From positions 545,213 to 609,212 of the forward strand of contig RDEW01000038.1 of the NCBI GenBank assembly GCA_011109175.1: a DNA stretch of 64,000 nucleotides, read 5' to 3'. This document shows, one piece after another, positions 12,500 through 23,559 of the stretch (position 1 is the stretch's first letter; each line of letters opens with the position of its first letter). The notes under the pieces were generated by a model. The model was not told the origin of the DNA, did no database searches, and was given only the letters and a program-made list of their open reading frames with translations. This DNA comes from Dicyema japonicum. Lineage: Eukaryota > Animalia > Dicyemida. Both the position numbers and the translations under genes were made by a program.

Positions 12500-12960
12500 A
12501 ATCTCTATGAATCTCATCAATGTTGGGGATCAAGTTGTTCACAACTGGTGAAACTGAACTATACAGGGATGAGTCCTTTATTGAGCTCGAGAAGTACATC
12601 ACGTCGAGACATTCACAGACATTAGAAACGAGTTTTTTCAACACTCTAAAACTTCCTTCTTATTTTCATCAGTGCCAGAAAATTTTCCGATCGTACATTT
12701 TGCTCCATTACTACAAACAGCCACACATTTATTCCAATAATGTTTCTTGCAATAAGTAATTTTTAATAGTGTTGAAAATATTCCCCCCAGTGCAATTCTC
12801 TCCAACGCACATGCACATGTCTTCTTCAATAATATCGTCAAATGGATATCGAACGGAAACCAACAAAACTGACAAATCCTTCAACATCCAAAACCATTAG
12901 AATTAATCAAACGAATTATAACTGCGTTTCAATATTTTCGAAAGTTCCTGAATTCGCCTT
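12500..12960 (-). mobile_element. hAT (Charlie/ZBED-type) transposase fragment
   Basis: LSVLLVSVRYPFDDIIEEDM...CTGGNIFNTIKNY...WNKCVAVCSNGAKCTIGKFSG, read across frameshifts. Confidence 0.8.
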
Positions 12961-13680
12961 GAAATAGTATTATTTGACAGAGAAACAAGTTCCAGTTTCT
13001 TAGACATTTGTCCCCCAAAATTACACTCGATGGTCTTTTTTGAACATTGTTTCAGAAAATTTTTGTCAGCTCTTCCCAAACTATTTTATCGTGTATTTTC
13101 TTCGATGAGATTATCTGATATAAATGTATAGTGGACCTATCTTCTTTGTTTGATTGTAATCACAGTCCATTTGTAGAATGACTCTGTCTCCTAAATTCAA
13201 CGATTCTTCATTTTTCCATCTTCTTTTCTTTCGCATTTTTCTGCAGCTACCAAAGTATGCCGTCGTACAGAATTCCTTGACGAAGATAAGTCTTCATATT
13301 CTACATACTGTAGTAATCTACTTGAACGTTCATCTGGTATTTGTGGCGGAATCTTGAAAGGAGCATGTTTGATGTTCTCGTGATTGGTAATATTGTAACT
13401 GAATACAATATCTTCCAGACTGCATTGATATTTTCCCAGAGTTCCTTCATTAGAAGAAACGGATGATAACCATTTTTAAGATTGATTTAGCCTATACGTG
13501 ATTATATAAATGATACCTCTCTACCTGGCCTAGAACCCAAGGTCCTCTTGGTCGTTCAAAAATATGTTTAACATTTAGCCTGTCACAAATTTCTTAGTAT
13601 CCATTTTCTATATATTCGATTATCTGACGCCCTCATCCAGGCTCAACTTGAAGCTAAAAACAATGTCCATAAGTAAAATA
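12960..13680 (-). mobile_element. Ginger-like (KRBA2/SCAND3-type) DDE integrase relic
   Basis: SDN...; RPRGPWVLGQVER; LEDIVFSYNITNHENIKHAPFKI; LNLGDRVILQMDCDYNQTKK. Confidence 0.75.
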
Positions 13681-13734
13681 ATTATTTTTAAATGTTAATA
13701 AAGTTTTTTTTGTTAAGAATAATATTATTTATTA

Positions 13735-14860
13735 ACTATGGGGGAGAGGCTGCTGACATCACCGAGTAAGCGTTTCCGCGACAACTGCGATACCAATTCG
13801 TTGCCTCAGCCAGACCGCTTCCCGCACGTCTTTCTTGCGGTGGGCCAATTTCCCCCGATTTCTTTTAAAATAGAGGCTGTAATACTTCCGGCCGCAACAG
13901 ACGTCTCGATTGCTACCGGTACAAAACAGTAGCGGTCTCAAACTTCGCCATATTTTTTAATCTTGATTTTTTCGGCCAGATCGGCTGCCGATCCAGCAGA
14001 CAGCTGAATCTGCGCAACAGTGCAGTCTTATACGAGCGATTTTCCCTCAGTGAACGGAAAGATAGTTAACCCATCCGGTCTTTTCCCTTCTCCGCGGTCC
14101 AATCCCACGGGCTCCAGTATTTCACAACAATGTTGTTCATAGCAGCATGGCGGGGTGCTCTGCCCGCACTCTTTATGCACGAGAGCGGGTGCAGCCCTTT
14201 GGCATCGACGATCCCTCCACAACGACATTGGTGTTCGACGCAAACATCAACTCCCAGGCGTTGTACGATCCAATCCGAATACAGTCATCGTCCAAAAGGA
14301 TCCCCAGGGAGGAACACGGGAGTGCATCCAGCCACGCTCAGCTCCCATAGTTGGCGGCGGACACGAGGCATGCAAGACGATGCTGGTTGGCCTCGGACTT
14401 TAGCACGTCTAAGATATTCTTGGAGTAGATATCATCCCAGTCACGTTGGCCTCGAAGGATCGTTCGGTATATCCAAACCAGTTTCACACCATTCGCGATC
14501 TGCTTCGTCCAAGATTCTTTCTCAAGAAAGTCCGGTTGGGAAAGCGTAAGACATCTTGGACCAAAAGGCTTCCACTTGAGAGCGATGACACATATGTTGG
14601 AAAGGCGATCTCCAGCGAGACACGCCTCAGACACCCGTTCCTCCGAGGCGTGTAAAAAGCTTGCATTGGTTCCAACTCGGCACATCAAAGTGGATGTTTA
14701 GAAGCAATTCAGCTGATTTCTTAATGTCCTATCCAGTGACAAAAGGATGTCACGATGTTTGAAGCAGGGAGAACATCGGAGAGCATATAGGAGTTTGGGC
14801 AAGCCGATGTTATTCTTCAAAAGGAAGAACGCTCTATGAGCATCGAGTAATAAAAAAAAA
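13735..14860 (-). mobile_element. CRE-clade (RLE) non-LTR retrotransposon, 5'-truncated
   Basis: CSPCFKHRDILLSLD; LNQSNQHR-like SEANQHRLACL; [31 protein letters not shown]; AEKIKIKKY...FVPVAIET...WLRQRIGIAVV. Confidence 0.88.
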
Positions 14861-16504
14861 TTAAGAATAATAAAATATCATTAAAATGACATTATTGACT
14901 GGATTTTTGTCACTTTATGTTTTGAAAATATTAACGATTTTAACTAAAAATTAAATTAGTCAACTCAGAAAAATATTAATTATCTAGAGAACTAGTTTTG
15001 ATTGGTTCTATTGGAGTTTTACGTACGGACGGTGACAGTTATTATGGGGGCAATAAATTATTGACAGGAAAAAAAATCTTTTCATAGGGGCGATACGAAA
15101 AAAGGTGTAGAAACACAGTTGCTGCAAGTCCTTGTTATCTAACGATACATTCTATAATTTCTACTTCTGATTATGAGTTATAATATTGTTAGTAATGTTT
15201 GCCTCGTGGTTAATTAGACGGAAGGTTAATATGGTTATGTACCTCTATTGCACGAAAAGTCTACAAAACCTCATAACCTATCTTGGAGGAGTTACCAATT
15301 AAGGCCATTCGCTGCCTAAAACGAAACGTCCTCTAACGACCTTCTGTCAATAGACAATTCATAAGCAACCCTCGATAGAGTTTCCAGAAGAATCATATCA
15401 CAAATCTGCTACGGACACCTCACCTCCGGGATGGATCAGAGTTTTCGCTCTCCTCACCAGACCAGCTTGAGGATATCATCGATCAAATCCTCTCCGGACC
15501 AGGAACACCAATGACACTATGAGATTTGTGGGAGTGTCAAACATTATCGGATGAACGCTTGATGGCAGCAGGCCTCCAAAATGTTAATGAGGTCGTGCCA
15601 ACTAACTAACCCACCACACCATCATGAACGTCCAGTTCTATTCCGACAATTAAAACTACCATCTTCTACCAATTGGTTAGGATTATTTCGTCAGTTACTC
15701 GGTGACCCTTCGACTTTAGGCCTTATTGACTGGAAGCTTAGACATCGGCACTTAATTCAACTATTAACCTCGGAACCACAAGAGGATAATAATAAACGTC
15801 TGGATTAAGTAATCCCAATGTCAAAGCAACATACTCAAAACCATAAAAGCTATATTTTTACCCACGTGACGTTATAAACAATAATAAATAAAATTATACA
15901 AAAGACCAGGAGTAAAATAACTAACTCCTTGATCCTGTCGCGTTCTAGCGATTCCAGATCTCAACTCAGGTAACGAAATTGTCTCTCGGTGGAGAGAATA
16001 GTTGGATCTTTTTGAATGCCGTCATGCATTGGGCGTCTCTTTAACAAGGTGGATCCAATGACGCCATCAGAGGGAAGGAAGATGAATTATTAATTTATTA
16101 GCCATATAGGACCACATGGCGCCACGCGGCCAAGAAGAAAACGTTAAATTACAATCAAACTAACTAAGCAGTTCCACCTTCCACGGTCGGTCTATATTAA
16201 TTATAAATAAAATATAATTTATGAACAAAAAATAAAAATGGTAAATTTATATAAAACGTGCTACTTTTTGTTTCTTGTTGTAGTTTTATTGTTGATACAC
16301 CAGCCAGCCATTAATTATCACTAATGGTCGTGGGTATATCAAACATTATGCTGTTTGATAATATATTCCAAACTACATTAACTAAATTTATATATCTCAG
16401 CTTTATTGATGAATGAACCATGTGCTGTATTGGTGACATGAAGATGAGAGCTCAGGAAAATATTGGTATTTCTGTGGGAACACTTCGCTAGTTCTATCAC
16501 GTTA

Positions 16505-17070
16505 GTTATTATTATTACTATCTCCAGGATCACTGGGTCAAAGAAAATAAATAAAAGGTTCTCAACTAACTAAGTGATCCCAGACCGACAAGGGAGAGGA
16601 CGAGTCCGGTGGGGTCGAGAATACTGAACAGCTCTTCTCATTGTACATGGCATCGGCTCAAAATTACTGTATGATTGTAGATATTCGATAGTTTATGGAA
16701 TAGAGGGCAGCTCGGTAGACTAGCCTCCTTTAAGAGTTTCAGTTGTAATTCGATTAAGAGGTTTTCAATGGGCTGGATCTTGTGTTTTGGTCCAATTAAC
16801 TTTACTGTAGTCTCCTGGATTACGGATAGTTCAATGACGAGATGCGTGAAATCTGCATTTCCCTTGAAGGACTTGCATATGTCATCATGGTCGAATCTCC
16901 GCTTCGTTACTCATAGTTCCAGCTTGTCAAGCATTTGTTGAGCGGACTGAGTCGCTGATTGAATGCTTCTGTCCTTGGAGGCAAGAATGATATCGTCGGT
17001 ATAGGAGAGGATTAGGAAGTTTTTATTACAGGTTTGTGGCATGTCGTTTATGTAGAGCATCACGTTAGTA
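16505..17070 (-). mobile_element. LINE RT fragment with 3' end
   Basis: LILSYTDDIILASKD, ending VWDHLVS*, then a GGATCACT/AGTGATCC inverted repeat and a (TAA)n tail. Confidence 0.7.
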
Positions 17071-17389
17071 TTGTTAATTAATAAGCTAACTTTTTTGAAT
17101 GATTAAATTGCTCTGCTACTAAAATTATTAGCTTATGACGAATGTAACACATGTGCTTAGGAATTAGGGGTGTTATTTTTCAAAGAATAACAGAAAGGTT
17201 TTCTAATAGAAAAGTGATTTGCTACAACTAGGATAGTTAATAGTCTTGACTTTTGTCATCGAAATTAACTATCAAAACTAATTAAATTTTACTACGTGTC
17301 TTCGCTTCCCCCGTAGCGAATATTCTCTCCAACTTTCTACCATTATCTTCTTGCACTGTCGGTTGCAAAGAGGACTAGCAATACGCGCG

Positions 17390-17760
17390 TCAAGGGAGTA
17401 GTTATAACGAATTTTCTAATGCGCTAAGCAAATGTTCTGACTTAAGAATGACTATTTTGAGAAACATCAAATACACGAATTCTCTCAATAATCTTCGGGT
17501 AGTCTCATAAACTACCCGAAAATAGCAGAGGCACGAGCTATAGAAAAGATTATCGTACAATAGTACCTTATACTAAGCAGGGGACTTGTGATTTGAAGTA
17601 TCTGTTGGAAACAACTGCGTAGTTACCTTCATTTGGATGCTTCAGAAATTGGTAGGCAGAGGATTAAGAAGTAATTTGTTATAATTAAGTAACTAATTAC
17701 CAAAGTTATGAACACGGAGCGTACTATCGATACAGTGACGTTAAAACTCTGGAATTAAAA
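17390..17760 (+). mobile_element. Possible Tc1 transposase relic
   Basis: RGSSYNEFSNAL...ILRNIKYTNSLNN (HTH-like) and a weak downstream WxxxxxGxG..MN pattern. Heavily decayed. Confidence 0.35.
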
Positions 17761-18199
17761 AAATTTCGGGAAGACTCTTTAAGTTTTCAAGCTAGTCACT
17801 GTTAATAGATTCGAATTTACGCTGGAAAATTTAATGTCGTAAAACTAAGAGTTACATGATTGGTAAATTTCTTATTCTCTCACTAATTCTTTTCGAACCA
17901 GTTTAGCTAGTGGAGTGGTGTGAGAGACTATTGACCACCGGGACGCATCAAGAAAAAAATAATAACAAAGTGACCCCAGTTATAATGAGAGGCCATGTAT
18001 TAATTGCGTGCTTAAAGTGGCTCAATCCAAGATTTTCTTGTGTTTTCAAAAATCTGATTTTTAGACTATACGATTCCACTCTGCACAAGCTACAGATTGT
18101 CCCAAGAGATCACCTATCTTTTTTGCAAAAGCGAAGAACTCATAGCCAATATTCCCATTGATGATTCAGAAGAGTTCCTCAGAGGTAGAGTTTTCAGTC

Positions 18200-18790
18200 A
18201 TCTGACGGATCGAACAGATTTTTTAAAAATAAGTGGCCATGATTCAAAAAAACTAAACTCCGCGTGCATGATCCCACTCCTTCATTCCCTGGATACGAGG
18301 CAATCAGGATGAACCGTAAAAAGAGAAGAGGGGGTGGACTACTTACTCTATTCATAAAACCTAAAATGCAGAGACACTACTTCGGTAGTGAGGAAACTTT
18401 TTGGAAATGACGAGGTTACTGAGGCAATTGGAATTTCGTTTGGACAACGAAAGGAAGTATGTGCCTCGTGAATATCTACTTTCCTCCTCCCGGCTCCTGA
18501 GATCATCATATGTGGAGATTTAAACGCAAAGCACTTATTATGGTTGTCAACCCAACAGCCCGACACGAGAGGGAAGCTATTGTTATTGAAATCGGACTCC
18601 CTAACGATACTGAACGATCCAGCGAAAAATACAAGGACCCCACTCAGAGAGACAGATCAGCCTACCTCACCGGATGTAACACTCTGCTTCCCCGGGGACA
18701 ACGTCGTTACCTGGTGACAAGTTCTGGAATGCTGGAACGAGTCAGGATCGAGGAGTTAGTTAGTTTAGTTACCCTTTGGAAATAATTTTA
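18200..18790 (+). mobile_element. APE endonuclease relic of a LINE
   Basis: QKTKL...FPGYEAIRMNRKKRRGGGLL; LVNIYFPP; IIICGDLNAKHLLW; TSPDVTL. Confidence 0.85.
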
Positions 18791-18849
18791 ATTTATTTTG
18801 TAGGAATAGGAAAGAATTAATCCAATTTCGACGTTTTAACAGTCTTAAA

Positions 18850-19418
18850 GACTTTTTCTGAATATGATTTCGAAATTTATATTGAACATTTGATTACTCT
18901 TTAACAAGATATGAAGGGACGTTTCAAAGATTTATGTGAACTCAAAGTTCCATATTGGGTGATAGACCCCTTTCAGAATGTAGATGACGTTGAATCTTGT
19001 TGTCAAGAGGAACTAATTATGTTAAAAAACGATTTTGAAATTAAACCCACATTTAAACACCAGTCGTATCAAGATTTTTGCTTAAAAATGATATTCCTGA
19101 AAAATATCATGTTATGAAAAAAACAAAAGTGTTTTTCATTGCTTTCCCCACTTCTTATTTGGTTGAGAGAGGCTTCAGTATTGTATCACAGCTAATTACC
19201 AAAAGGAAAAACCGCTTGGACATTGTTGAAAGAGGAGATCTACGGATTAGGCTTACAAACATGAACCCAAATATTGAGAAACTTGTGTCTAACTTTTTGC
19301 AACATCATTGTTCACATTAATATTTCCATCTCGTTACCAAATATGTTTTCCTGGTGGGCAATGTTATTTAAAAGTTTGTTAAAGAAGGCGATGACCTGAA
19401 TAAGTTTGGGAACCCCTG
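18850..19418 (+). mobile_element. hAT (Charlie-like) 3' end with dimerization domain and TIR
   Basis: RFKDL...WVIDPF...FFIAFPTSYLVERGFSIVSQLITKRKNRLDIVERGDLRIRLTNMNPNIEKL; TIR AAGTTTGGGAACCCCTG ending at 19418. Confidence 0.9.
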
Positions 19419-20810
19419 CACTAAACCATCAGGAAATGCTTGAATTAATCTCAAACCTGACACACACACGAAGACTCCTGATTAGGACCTCCCAAGCTGC
19501 CCGTATATCTGTGGCGGACTGCCTATGTGAGTGTATTTAAAGGGCAGTTTTTTCGGACGACTCTGATGATTGGGTACGATTATTTTGCTTTGCTCCATTC
19601 ACACTATGCATACCCCATAGGAGGGGAAAGAAAAGAAATCACCTACGTCATTAGTAATGGAGAATGTCCACACATTCTTCTCAAGGAACCTATTGACAGA
19701 CTTAGAAAAGCTCACCTACAAATCCCAAAACCATGAGAAGCCAACATCGACTATGCTACCTGAAAATGCAACAGCTCGATGCTATCGATTCTCTCTTCCG
19801 GACAACTATTGAACGTATCACAAATGTAAAATTTGACGACCAAGGGAAGACCAAGCGACCCTACCCATTAGCCTGGGCGGACTGGGAATCTCTTCACCGA
19901 AAGATCTGGCTTGCCTTGCGTATCTATCCTCTTTGGGCTCCAGCCGACTGCTGATCAGGATGATTCTCCAACTCCAAACAGAATCATCTGAAATCACAGA
20001 TATGGAGAATTTGAAGGGGATGATGCCTGAGCAGAAAGACCATTACAAAACCATCTGCGAGGATAAATATGAGAGGCTTCTGAACCAATCAAACCAACAC
20101 AGACGTGCCTGTCTAGTCACTGGAAAATGCGAATCGAGTGGCGCATGGATCAATGCACTCCCCGTTGGTAGTCTCGGGACCCACCTAGACGACGATACTG
20201 TCCGCATCGGCATCTTCACCAGACTTGGACTAGAGATTTGCCGGACTCACAAATGCCGGATTTGTTATGGACACCATACCCTTTCTTGTCGAAGAAGTGC
20301 AGGACGATTTCCAAGACACAAGGCGATTAACAGAATTGTCAAGCGAGCCATGGAGTCTGCGGGATACCCAGCCATACTAGAATCTGTTGGTCTGGACAGA
20401 GAAACGAAAAACGTCCCGACGGAATCACAATTTTCCCATTTGAAGAGGGGAAACCTTTGGTCTGGGACGCTACTTGTGTCGACACGCTTTACCCGTCCGA
20501 CATTGTCGGGAGCGCGATAGACACACTGTATTCCGCGGAAAAAACGATGAGGGCAAGGAGAAGAAATACGAACCGCTACGCGACCGATTCGCGTTTTATC
20601 CGATAGTGGTCGAGACAACTGGAGGGATAAGTTGAAAATCGCTTCGCTTTCTAAAGAAACTTGGACGCTTAGCTACACTAAAAAGCCACGACGCACGTGA
20701 AATCCGGTGGCTTCTCTAGTTGATCTCTGTTGCAATCGTGAGAGGCTACAACGTCATTAATGTCGGCGGGTCTATTTTGGATGGATGGCAGTGTTAAATA
20801 AAATAATAAA
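19419..20810 (+). mobile_element. CRE-clade element with the RT deleted
   Basis: N-terminal region matches 35040-35345. It then jumps to the post-RT region (LPISLGGLGI, ESSGAWINALPVGSLGTHLDDDTVRIGI), then CRIC...[15 protein letters not shown] and the RLE region (KRPDG...WDATCVDT across frameshifts). Confidence 0.88.
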
Positions 20811-20893
20811 TTTATGTTGGTTAAATAAAGTTTGATTACCAAATTAAAAACTGCTTATTTTAAATTAATTAAATAATAGTTCTTTGTGGTCTT

Positions 20894-21192
20894 ATGAAAA
20901 TAACTGTCAAAGGTTATTGAATGTGTAATAACAGAATGGAAGGTGTATGGGGCATGGAAATGGAATATTGAGGATGACTGTTGTGGAATCTGCCGGATGT
21001 CCTTCGAATCCTGTTGTGTTGAATGTACTTATCCAGGTGATGATTGTCCCATTGGTATAGGAAATTAATTATTTGATAGCCTGGAGTCACTGTCAACATT
21101 ATTTTCATAAACACTGCATCAATCGGTGGCTTTCCGCACAAAACTTTAAGTCCTGTCCTCTTTGCAGACGAGAATGGGACACTAACGCTTAA
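20894..21192 (+). CDS. APC11: Anaphase-promoting complex subunit 11 (RING-H2), 3 exons: 20894-20912, 20935-21054, 21080-21192
   Basis: Splicing GT-AG introns of 22 nt (20913-20934) and 25 nt (21055-21079) gives a 252-nt CDS: [83 protein letters not shown]. It has the complete APC11 CGICR..CC..C..PGDDCP..C.H.FH.HCI..WL..CP.CR.EW pattern and the expected length. Confidence 0.96.
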
Positions 21193-21259
21193 TTTCTATC
21201 TTCTATTAGTTTTATTTGACTTTTTTACTAATATGTAAACTAGATTTTTAAGCATAAAG

Positions 21260-22600
21260 AGTTGTTTTCCCAATGATAAGGAGATCAGAGACTTGGTATT
21301 TATAACACCAAACTGAGCTAATCTAGTATGTGCAGGGCCTATATCTGTTGGAAACGGGCCCATCCCACGGAAAGTGTATATGACTACAATAACTGAAAAC
21401 TTACCCCTGAAGATATAACCCCGAACATGCTGTGGTAAGAAACGGCAAACATTATAAAGAACCCCCCACCAAATAGACGTCAATACAATCATGAAATCAC
21501 AAACTATCTACAAAACAAAAAGAACGGCGCCTAAAAGCAAAAAAAACAACCAACACTAGATCGTCAAAACAACTACGGATACGCCGAATCGCGTTACTCG
21601 GAGAAATTAAAGGTAGAGAAATCGAAGGACTGGTAAACGAAATAGAAAAATACAACAACAGCCGAGGATATTAAGGGCAATACTAACTAGAAACAACACC
21701 CATAAAGGAAATCACGGTCATCGATCAGAAGAAGAGAATAGTAATGAATAGCCAAGATAAAGTATGCATAGTGTCTCAACACTTTAGAAAACTATTTAAC
21801 GTCCAGAATCAGAGTAGAATCATAGGCCGTTCCATCGATCTGGAAAACCCAAAAACAGTTGAGGAAACCTCATTTGCCATAGCCGAACTCAATAATGGAA
21901 AATCAGCAGTCCCTGAGGAGATGTTTCCCGGAAGAAGGAACCTTAATCCAATACAGAAACCTGGTAACACAAAAGGCCCGTTAAACAACCTTCAACTAAG
22001 TATTCTACTAAGACACTACGCCTGATCAGAATAAAGATAATTTTAATAAATTTCTATCTCCAATGAATTTCGAAACTGAAGATCAACCACAGATATACTA
22101 TGGGCACATAGGTGGTTCACTGTCGTGTGTTATAAGTATAAAACTTCTATTCATGTCCTGGGAATTGATCGTTCTCGTTCTCTCGACACTAAACAGAAAT
22201 AAATTGTTAAAAGTTGTCAAAAGCTCTGTGGATCCTGACGAGACACGTCTTATTCGAATTCTACTTAACGATACCCGCATGACTTTCAAAATTGGTAACT
22301 TGAAATCTACACCCTCACAAAAACCTCAGGTGACTCGTAAGGAGACACATTATCACCAATACTATTTATTTGGATCAGCGATAAATGACTTCAGAATTAA
22401 AGACTGAACTAATATACTTACTAGGATCGCTATTTGGAGAAAATAAAGACACTAAAACAGGAAAATATTGGCGACAATTAATTTGGCCAAGTAACAGCGG
22501 ATTTAGTCAAGTAAGAGAAGGTTTTTTATACAATGCCGATTTCAACTATTTTTCCTTTATGAATAAGATAAAAAAGTAATATTAAATATTTTTTTAAATT
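21260..22600 (+). mobile_element. Decayed RTE-clade LINE (EN-RT linker and RT)
   Basis: FAIAELNNGKSAVP; PIQKPGNTKGPLNNL; STLNRNKLLKVVKSSVDPDETRLIRILLNDT. Homologous to the 23560-25410 element. Confidence 0.75.
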
Positions 22601-22699
22601 GGAATAATAAAAATAATTTGTTGTTGGAGGCTGAAAATTCCGTATTCCCGCTAATATTGCTTCGAATTTGCGGAATATCCTCGCTTATATAAGTACTGA

Positions 22700-23450
22700 A
22701 CCAACTGCTATATTGTCTTTATAGATTTGGTAAGCGTTACAATTTTTCTATCAGAATTTCAATAAGAAATATTCTTTGGCTTCTCTAACAGATTCCTCCA
22801 AACAACCACTGCTTGGGCAATATGTGGCCACAATTACTATTCCGTTTATTTATTTGAAACAAAGAATCACCAACATATTAGAAAGATACGTGGCCGTCAG
22901 GTGATCTCGGTCTCCTTTAGCATCCTTCTGTATGTCAATGGAGCACATGAGCCTTTTTGATGTCAAGATTTGCATTGTAGGCTCTCTTGATGAATTGTTA
23001 TACATGTAAGGTAGGTTGTATAGTGATTCTTTTTAATTCCACGTTTGAAAGATACGTCCGGAAGGTAAAGTTTAATCTGACCGAAAATGAGTTTTTCTAG
23101 AATTTTTTGAAAAGATATCGATTTTGATGAAGACACAAAAAAGTTATTGTCCTCTACGTTTTAGCAAGGAGGTGTTCTCACAGAGTTGGTGAAGCCCCGG
23201 AGAGTATTCCACATTCTCATGAGGGGAGTTCTGTTTTCTTAGAGAGAACATAAGGTTTATTCCAGACCCTCTTCTGTTTCATCTCTCCCTTGTTTATGAT
23301 CTCTCTCCAAAAAACGAATTTTCTCCCTAATTTCTTAGAGACGAATCCTTTCCTTGAATCTGTAGACTTAGCAATTTATTTCTTTCGTTAATGTATTGGT
23401 TTCGAAAGAAGGTTTTTTCGTGAAATGGATTGACTCTTAATAAAAATCCT
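22700..23450 (-). mobile_element. Possible R4/NeSL-like RT relic
   Basis: LDIKKAH (DxKKAY-like) and a degenerate YxxxTxLxxMY motif. Strongly decayed. Confidence 0.4.
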
Positions 23451-23559
23451 TATTCCCTCACCCACTACACTATTGAAGTGGTACATCGAGGGACTTGAAG
23501 TTGCTTGGGTCAAAACCATACGAGTAGCAGTAGACTAATTATGAAAACATTCTCAAGTC

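Noticed and set aside
17494-17520. Perfect 10-bp hairpin ttcgggtagt/actacccgaa as an intrinsic terminator
   Set aside because: Eukaryotic context, no U-tract, and it lies inside a probable Tc1 relic. Seen only once.
21196-21492. 98-aa minus-strand ORF with a tempting 21-nt GTAAGT...TAG intron, convergent with APC11
   Set aside because: The plus strand here reads as the EN-RT linker of the RTE relic that continues to 22600, so the ORF is most likely its antisense shadow.
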